DNA of 36,875 nt from Macrostomum lignano (taxonomy: Eukaryota): NCBI GenBank assembly GCA_002269645.1, contig NIVC01002982.1, positions 1 to 36,875 on the forward strand. Reading direction: 5' to 3'. Made by a program: the position numbers and the translations under genes. Within the stretch, counting starts at the first letter, position 1. Each line of letters opens with the position of its first letter. Under the pieces are notes generated by a model that worked only from the letters and a program-made list of their open reading frames with translations, was not told where the DNA came from and did not search any database. Of the stretch, positions 22,975-36,875 are shown one piece after another.

Positions 22975-23561
22975 CTCTCAATCACCAACTCTAGCACACT
23001 GTCACTCTCACTCACCAACTCTAGCACACTGTCACTCTCACTCACCAACTCTAGCACACTGTCACTCTCACTCACCAACTCTAGCACACGGTCACTCTCA
23101 CTCACCAGCTCTAGCTCACTGTCACTCTCACTCACCAACTCTAGCACACTGTCACTCTCACTCACCAACTCTAGCACACGGTCACTCTCACTCACCAGCT
23201 CTAGCTCACTGTCACTCTCACTCACCAACTCTAGCACACTGTCACTCTCACTCACCAACTCTAGCACACTGTCACTCTCACTCACCAACTCTAGCTCACT
23301 GTCACTCTCACTCACCAACTCTAGCACACTGTCACTCTCACTCACCAACTCTAGCACACTGTCACTCTCACTCACCAACTCTAGCACACTGTCACTCTCA
23401 CTCACCAACTCTAGCTCACTGTCACTCTCACTCACTAACTCTAGCACACTGTCACTCTCACTCACCAACTCTAGCACACGGTCACTCTCACTCACCAACT
23501 CTAGCACACTGTCACTCTCACTCACCAACTCTAGCACACTGTCACTCTCACTCACCAACTC
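22975..23561. repeat. 30-bp minisatellite CTCACCAACTCTAGCACACTGTCACTCTCA, ~19 units
   Basis: Direct reading. Confidence 0.96.
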
Positions 23562-24372
23562 TATATGTCACTCGCATCAGCAGAGGCTGGCAGGAGAAGC
23601 TTGGCTCTATCTTTGAATCTGGCTGCACTGCGCAGTCCCGGCTGTTCTCTCTGACTTTTTGATGCTCAGGCAGCTCTCTAAATCCAATATTCTTTGTGCG
23701 AATAGGATATTGACAGCTCAGCTGTGCTTCTGTGCCGCCCGCCTCAGCGTCCTGTTGAGCTGCTCGCTGCTCAGAATGCGCGAGATAAAAAGGAGAAACA
23801 GTCGGCAGGGGCTCACACCGGAGCCCCGGACGCGGCTGCAGATAAAAAAGGCTTCAAGGGAGTCATGTGCGGGCAGGGCCGCCCCGTCGGAATGATCAGC
23901 CTTCTGCCCCAAATCCCCTCCGCGTTCTTGTCAGTCGCCTGATAAAGTAATCTCTTTTTGCCTCGCCTTCTCCCGGGGAAAAACCGGGAGATTCGCCAAG
24001 CCCTTTGCAGCCCGGCGCTGCCCCCTGGAGACTCTCTGGACTCAATTATTGAGGCTGCAGGGAGTCAGCGGGAGAGATTCTCAGTTGACGCCATCGGATT
24101 TTTCACACGGAGGGATTTGAGCAATTTTTTATCGATTGAAGTTTCTTGCCAGGGCTGCTCACCTGGCTGATTAATTGTTCCTAATTTTAAACTTTCGCCC
24201 TGCTTTTCAAATCCGGTTTTGAAGCTCTCGCGGCAAATATGGAAATGAATTTGTTGCACGAGAATCCAGAGCTCGATAATCCGGCATCAAAAATTTTAAT
24301 TGAAGTTTTTATCTCTCACCAGAGCCAATGCAGTTTTTTCGCTAGGTTTACTTTTAATCTGCATAAAAACAA

Positions 24373-24705
24373 CCAGAGATGACAGCACATTCACCATTCC
24401 ACTGTCAGAGAGATCAGCTAGCCAGAGATGACAGCACATTCACCATTCCACTGTCAGAGAGATCAGCTAGCCAGAGATGACAGCACATTCACCATTCCAC
24501 TGTCAGAGACATCAGCTAGCCAGAGATGACAGCAAATACACCATTCCACTGTCAGCTGACATCAGCTAGCCAGAGATGACAGCAAATACCCCATTCCACT
24601 GTCAGCTGACATCAGCTAGCCAGAGATGACAGCACATACACCATTCCACTGTCAGAGACATCAGCTAGCCAGAGATGACAGCACAAATGACCATTCCAAT
24701 GTCAG
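24373..24705. repeat. 49-bp tandem repeat with an internal TGACAG..CTGTCA inverted repeat, ~7 units
   Basis: CCAGAGATG at 24373 and 24422; period 49. Confidence 0.9.
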
Positions 24706-24912
24706 ACACTTCAAAGCCTGCTCCGAATTCACGTCAAGGCAGCAGCTATCTGAGCACTAAGAATGCCTCCGATGGCTGATTCAGCTGCAGCCATGACCGA
24801 AACAAATTAGGAAGACAAGAAAGCATAATTTATCAGACTGTCAAACCGAATGGAAAATGAAGGCTCGCTGCTGCAAATGAATATTTTATTTCCCACCAAT
24901 CGCAGCCTTCGG

Positions 24913-26694
24913 TCACTTGGTGTGCTGGTACTCGTCTCTGGCGCTCAGACTCTTCATCACCTTATCGATTCGCTGCAGGAAATCCTCCTGCGTCACGAAC
25001 TGGCGGCCCTCGCGCAGCGCCGAGAACGCGGCCTCCTGGCAGATGAGCTTCAGCTCGGCGCCCGACGCTCCGTGCATTCGCTCGGCCACGGCGCGGAGAC
25101 AGACGCCGCGCCCGAGGTTCATCCGTCGGAGTGGATGCGCAGAATGTCAACCCGGCCGTCCAGGTTGGGCGGCGGGAAGAAAATCTTGCGGTCCACCCGG
25201 CCTGGCCGGATCAGGGCTTCGTCCAGGGTGTCGATGCGGTTGGTGGCCAGGATCACCTGGGCGGGGATCAGGTGCGAGCCGGTGGCTAAGGACGGCTTTG
25301 AAGTTGCGTCTTAGGTAGAAAAAATGTCTTTACGACTGGCTTACGACTGTCCCTTTAGAACTGTTTTAGGGACAGTCTTGAGTACTGTATTAGTCTTACT
25401 GACTGTCTCAGGTAGACTACGAGTGTTTACAAATAAACTTAATGAATACCATAGATGACTGTCTCAGGGACTGTGCTGAGAACTGTCTCAGGTGCTGTGC
25501 TGAGAACTGTCTCCTGGACTGTGCTGAGAACTGTCTCATGGACTGTGCTGAGAACTGTCTCATGGACTGTGCTGAGAACTGTCTCAGGGACTGTGCTGAG
25601 AACTGTCTCAGGGACTGTGCTGAGAACTTTCTCAGGTGCTGTGCTGAGAGCTTTCTTTCACCAGAGTCCTCAACTAAGCACAGGTAGAGAGCGCCAACCT
25701 TGATATTCTCAGCCGGCTCAAAGCCGTCCACCTGGTTGAGCAGCTCAATCATCGTGCGCTCGCAGGACGAGCCTCCTCCGCTGCTGTGGCTGCTGCCACC
25801 GCCGTCCGACCGCTTGGTGCCGATGCTGTCCACCTCGTCCAAGAAGATGATGGACGGTGCCTTCTGTCTGGCCAGGATGAACAGCTCCCGCATGAGGCGG
25901 GCGCCTTCGCCGATGTACTTCTGCACCAGCTCGGTGCCCGACAGCTTGAAGAAGGCGCACTTGGTGTGGTGGGCCACCGCCCTCGCCAGCATGGTCTTGC
26001 CGGTGCCCGGCGGCCCGTACAGCAGCACGCCCTTCGGCTGCGAGATGCCCAGCGAGGTGAACAGCTCCGGGTGCAGGATGGGCAGTTCAACGACCTCCTT
26101 GATCTCACGAATCTGCCGTTCCAGGCCGCCAATCATCTCGTAGGTGGACTCCGTGTCCTTCTGCACCAGCATCAGCGACACCAGCGGGTCCTGGACATCT
26201 GAGAACACCCGGTAGATCTCCATGCCGCCGGTCGGGGTGAACCGGATGCCCACTTTGCAGTTGGGCCGAATTTTGTCAGCCAGCGGAAGCCGCTCTCTGA
26301 GCGTCACCACGAAGCTCTCGCTGCCGAGCTTGATGCGGACCATCTGGCGGCCCAAAACGGACTGCACCAGAGCCACGTACCTTGGCGAGTCCTCGAGCTT
26401 CTCAGCGACGGTCTCGAGCTGTTTGAGGTAGCGCAGCTTGTGCTTGGCGAGCTGCTCAAGTACGCTCAGTCGGTAGCTGCAGTGGTTCAGGCTGAGGTTG
26501 GCGTCCACGATTTTGTGCCGCATGTACAGCCGGAACAGGTCAGTGCCGCACTGCACTGCCGCTCCGCCCGGGTTGAAACAGTCGGCTTCCAGGGTGGACG
26601 AGCTGGCGTCCTCGGTGCGAAAGGCCTCGCGCTCCGGCGCGTTCACGTCCGGCCGTGGCAGGCCGCGGGACCGGCCACTCCACAAGTCGGACAT
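24913..26694 (-). CDS. PSMC5: Divergent 26S proteasome regulatory AAA-ATPase, Rpt6/PSMC5-like (~446 aa, 2 exons: 26694-25699 and 25256-24913)
   Basis: [36 protein letters not shown] (Walker A), LARAVAHHT (Rpt6-diagnostic), [15 protein letters not shown] (Walker B), [16 protein letters not shown][R]RMNL, VTQEDF. Intron AAG|GTTGGC...CCCAG|GTG at 25698-25257. One 1-nt deletion at 25128-25129. The start codon is the most plausible ATG; the ORF is open further up to 26895. Confidence 0.88.
25455..25650. repeat. 24-bp minisatellite GTGCTGAGAACTGTCTCAGGGACT inside the Rpt6 intron, ~8 units
   Basis: Direct reading; explains the AQSLRQFS tail of ORF 25417..26895. Confidence 0.92.
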
Positions 26695-27184
26695 GAGGAT
26701 CGGGCGGCGGTTCGAACAATCCGAGATTCGATATCTTATTTGCCAGCCTTTGTGACACTTTTGTGAGTACTTCGAATCCTCTTGTGAGCGTGAAATATCA
26801 ATGAGAGAAAGAATCAATCTGATCTGCAACTCGCTGCGAAATGTCTGTGGCCGAGGCAGCCCGCTCGAGACATGAAATTGATCGGTTGCTCGCATACTGA
26901 AGAGGTTTTAAAGTACAATGAAAAGGTTGAAGCTTCCAACAATGTTTTGATCCTCATGAACAGGAGCAGAACTGCGGGGAGCTGCATCTCACGGGATGTC
27001 TTTGGATCGATTCTGCACGATGCAACACAAATCAGGGGGCTCGGGCTCCAGAATCCAGCGATTCACGACTAGAGGACCAGACCTCAGGGCACGGAGAGTG
27101 CATTCCTGCTGATAGACACTCAGGGGCACTACGATCGTACACCCGGTGTGAGCGTCTGCCTGCAATGCATGTAGCTCGTAAGCA

Positions 27185-28338
27185 ACTGACTATCAGATAA
27201 ATGGATAACTAACTATCAGATACATGGATAACTAACTATCAGATGCATGGATAACTAACTATCAGATACATGGATAACTAACTATCAGATACATGGATAA
27301 CTAACTATCAGATGCATGGATAACTAACTATCAGATACATGGATAACTAACTATCAGATACATGGATAACTAATTATCAGACACATGGATAACTAACTAT
27401 CAGACACATGGGTAACTAACTATCAGACACATGGGTAACTAACTATCAGACACATGGATAACTAACTATCAGACACATGGATAACTAACTATCAGACACA
27501 TGGATAACTAACTATCAGATACCTGGATAACTAACTATCAGACACATGGATAACTAACTATCAGACACATGGATAACTAACTATCAGACACATGGATAAC
27601 TAACTATCAGACACATGGATAACTAACTATCAGATGCATGGATAACTAACTATCAGACACATGGATAACTAACTATCAGACACATGGATAACTAACTATC
27701 AGATACCTGGATAACTAACTATCAGACACATGGATAACTAACTATCAGACACATGGATAACTAACTATCAGACACATGGATAACTAACTATCAGATACCT
27801 GGATAACTAACTATCAGACACATGGATAACTAACTATCAGACACATGGATAACTAACTATCAGACACATGGATAACTAACTATCAGATACATGGATAACT
27901 AACTATCAGATACATGGATGACTAACTATCAGACACATGGATAACTAACTATCAGACACATGGATAACTAACTATCAGATACCTGGATAACTAACTATCA
28001 GACACATGGATAACTAACTATCAGATGCATGGATAACTAACTATCAGACACATGGATAACTAACTATCAGATGCATGGATAACTAACTATCAGACACATG
28101 GATAACTAACTATCAGACACATGGATAACTAACTATCAGACACATGGATAACTAACTATCAGATACATGGATAACTAACTATCAGATACATGGATGACTA
28201 ACTATCAGACACATGGATAACTAACTATCAGACACATGGATAACTAACTATCAGATACATGGATAACTAACTATCAGACACATGGATGACTAACTATCAG
28301 ACACATGGATGACTAACTATCAGACACATGGATAACTA
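27185..28338. repeat. 23-bp minisatellite ATGGATAACTAACTATCAGA(C/T)AC, ~50 units, intergenic
   Basis: Direct reading. Confidence 0.96.
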
Positions 28339-28938
28339 TCTAGTCCTAGATAATGATAACACGATCAGTGATTCTGCATGTAACCACGATGCTTTCCGTA
28401 CTATCCATTTTCCTGTGCATGACTGTTTGAGTTAGCTGCTATAAAGCTGAGCTTGTTTAACTCAAGGGGTCGTCTTACGAAAACGCAGCAGAAACAATCT
28501 TTCACAGAAGCTTTGTAGTAAACGACATGGTCGAGCGTCTACGTGTAATGAAATCTCCCGAACGGAGAAACGCCAGAAGAAAAATATCCGTTATTCGTGT
28601 TTTAATTTGCCTCCAAAGTAAAGCGCAAGATAAGTACAACGTAAGTGATAAAAGTCGGTCAAAGAGATCCCGCCCGATCGAGCCCCAGTCGCAGAAATAC
28701 TTAACAAACAAAAATTCTTGAATTCGTTAAAAAAAGTCACAGCAAAAACCATTTCAGGAGAAAAAACCAGTCGGGAGAAAAATCCCGCGGACCCGGGAGA
28801 CCCCAGAGGTCACCAGCGACTGCATTTTGTTCCTAGCATTCGGGTAGAAGGTTCAGCTGTTTGGCCGCAAAGTCAATGGACGAAAATCTGCGAGGTTAAA
28901 AATCTGTACCGCTGGTCCTGTTGCGCTCTCTCTCCCTG

Positions 28939-34787
<5,849 letters not shown>

Positions 34788-34801
34788 CTGAGGGTGCGCG
34801 C

Positions 34802-36875
34802 GTGAATGGTTTGGAGTGTTACTTGTGTGGAGCGTGAATAGTTTGCTGAGGAGTGAATGGTTTGGAGTGTGAATGGTTTGGAGTGTGAATATTTTGGAGT
34901 GTGAATGGTTTGAAGTGTGAATGGTTTGGAGTGTGAATGGTTTGGAGTGTGAATGGCTTGGAGTGTGAATGGTTTGAAGTGTGAATGGTTTGGAGTGTGA
35001 ATATTTTGGAGTGTGAATGGTTTGAAGTGTGAATAGTTTGGAGTGTGAATGGTTTTGAGTGTGAATGGTTTGAAGTGTGAATGGTTTGGAGTGTGAATAT
35101 TTTGGAGTGTGAATGGTTTGGAGTGTGAATGGCTTGGAGTGTGAATGGTTTGAAGTGTGAATGGTTTGGAGTGTGAATATTTTGGAGTGTGAATTGTTTG
35201 AAGTGTGAATGGCTTGGAGTGTGAATGGTTTGAAGTGTGAATGGTTTGAAGTGTGAATGGTTTGGAGTGTGAATATTTTGGAGTGTGAATGGTTTGAAGT
35301 GTGAATGGCTTGGAGTGTGAATGGTTTGAAGTGTGAATGGTTTGGAGTGTGAATATTTTGGAGTGTGAATGGTTTTGAGTGTGAATAGTTTGGAGAGTGA
35401 ATAGTTTGGAGTGTGAATGGTTTGAAGTGTGAATAGTTTGGAGTGTGAATGGTTTTGAGTGTGAATAGTTTGGAGAGTGAATAGTTTGGAGTGTGAATGG
35501 TTTGAAGTGTGAATAGTTTGGAGTGTGAATGGTTTTGAGTGTGAATAGTTTGGAGTGTGAATAGTTTGGAGTGTGAATGGTTTTGAGTGTGAATAGTTTG
35601 GAGTGTGAATAGTTTGGAGTGTGAATAGTTTGGAGTGTGAATGGTTTGAAGTGTGAATAGTTTGGAGTGTGAATAGTTTGGAGAGTGAATAGTTTGGAGT
35701 GTGAATGGTTTGAAGTGTGAATAGTTTGGAGTGTGAATGGTTTTGAGTGTGAATAGTTTGGAGTGTGAATAGTTTGGAGTGTGAATGGTTTTGAGTGTGA
35801 ATAGTTTGAAGTGTGAATAGTTTGGAGTGTGAATGGTTTTGAGTGTGAATGGTTTTGAGTGTGAATAGTTTGTTGTGTGAATGGTTTGAAATGTGAATAG
35901 TTTGGAGTGTGAATGGTTTGGAGAGTGAATAGTTTGGAGTGTGAATGGTTTGGAGAGTGAATAGTTTTGAGTGTGAATGGTTTGGAGTGTGAATAGTTTG
36001 GAGTGTGAATAGTTTGGAGTGTGAATAGTTTTGAGTGTGAATAGTTTGGAGAGTGAATAGTTTGGAGTGTGAATGGTTTGAAGTGTGAATAGTTTGGAGT
36101 GTGAATGGTTTTGAGTGTGAATGGTTTGAAGTGTGAATAGTTTGGAGTGTGAATGGTTTTGAGTGTGAATAGTTTGGAGAGTGAATAGTTTGGAGTGTGA
36201 ATGGTTTTGAGTGTGAATAGTTTGGAGAGTGAATAGTTTGGAGTGTGAATGGTTTGAAGTGTGAATAGTTTGGAGTGTGAATGGTTTGAGTGTGAATAGT
36301 TTGGAGTGTGAATAGTTTGGAGTGTGAATGGTTTGAGTGTGAATAGTTTGAAGTGTGAATAGTTTGGAGTGTGAATAGTTTTGAGTGTGAATGGTTTTGA
36401 GTTTGAATAGTTTGTTGTGTGAATGGTTTGAAATGTGAATAGTTTGGAGTGTGAATGGTTTGGAGAGTGAATAGTTTGGAGTGTGAATGGTTTGGAGAGT
36501 GAATAGTTTTGAGTGTGAATGGTTTGGAGTGTGAATAGTTTGGAGTGTGAATAGTTTGGAGTGTGAATAGTTTTGAGTGTGAATAGTTTGGAGAGTGAAT
36601 AGTTTGGAGTGTGAATGGTTTGAAGTGTGAATAGTTTGGAGTGTGAATGGTTTGAGTGTGAATGGTTTTGAGTGTGAATAGTTTGTTGTGTGAATGGTTT
36701 GAAATGTGAATAGTTTTGGAGTGTGAATGGTTTTGAGTGTGAATAGTTGGAGTGTGAATAGTTTGGAGTGTGAATGGTTTGAAGTGTGAATAGTTTGGAG
36801 TGTGAATGGTTTGAAGTGTGAATAGTTTTGAGTGTGAATAGTTTGTTGTGTGAATGTTTTGAAATGTGAATGGTT
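34802..36875. repeat. 16-bp minisatellite GAGTGTGAAT(G/A)GTTTG, >125 units, runs off the window (EML intron)
   Basis: Direct reading. Confidence 0.97.

Noticed and set aside
22666-23662. Ser/Thr-rich mucin-like and His-rich ORFs
   Set aside because: 30-bp tandem repeat open in multiple frames; no signal peptide or splice support.
25417-25698. C-terminal AQSLRQFS repeats of ORF 25417..26895 as part of Rpt6
   Set aside because: Read-through into the intron; the AAA domain resumes at 25256 (VILATNRID).
26695-26895. 67-codon upstream extension of the Rpt6 ORF
   Set aside because: Starts at a non-ATG codon, has AT-richer UTR-like composition and no similarity; ATG 26694 is preferred.

Overview
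Eukaryotic (metazoan invertebrate-like) genomic DNA, not prokaryotic. Three spliced protein-coding genes lie head-to-tail on the minus strand. (1) The 3' part of an EML/EMAP WD40 microtubule-binding protein, 7 exons, 34787->28939, with its 5' end beyond the window. (2) A strongly divergent 26S proteasome AAA-ATPase of the Rpt6/PSMC5 type with only one intron, 26694->24913. (3) A SCY1-like pseudokinase of the SCYL2 type, about 15 exons, 21889->~580. Exons were reconstructed by hand from GT-AG sites, reading-phase continuity and recalled similarity to the families. About half of the window (~19 kb by my rough sum) is tandem repeat: more than 25 mostly unrelated micro/minisatellite arrays with 4-64 bp units, filling almost every large intron and both intergenic gaps. 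Nearly all long ORFs in the supplied track are artefacts of these arrays. Five apparent 1-nt deletions, four in short homopolymers, break the reading frames of all three genes; this is most likely long-read consensus error. The GC-rich exons and minisatellite-packed introns recall the flatworm Macrostomum, but that is inference only. Best leads: the divergent near-intronless Rpt6 paralog; one private minisatellite per intron, often seeded next to a splice site; and a candidate non-autonomous Helitron (6624-10909) carrying a 3-kb satellite.
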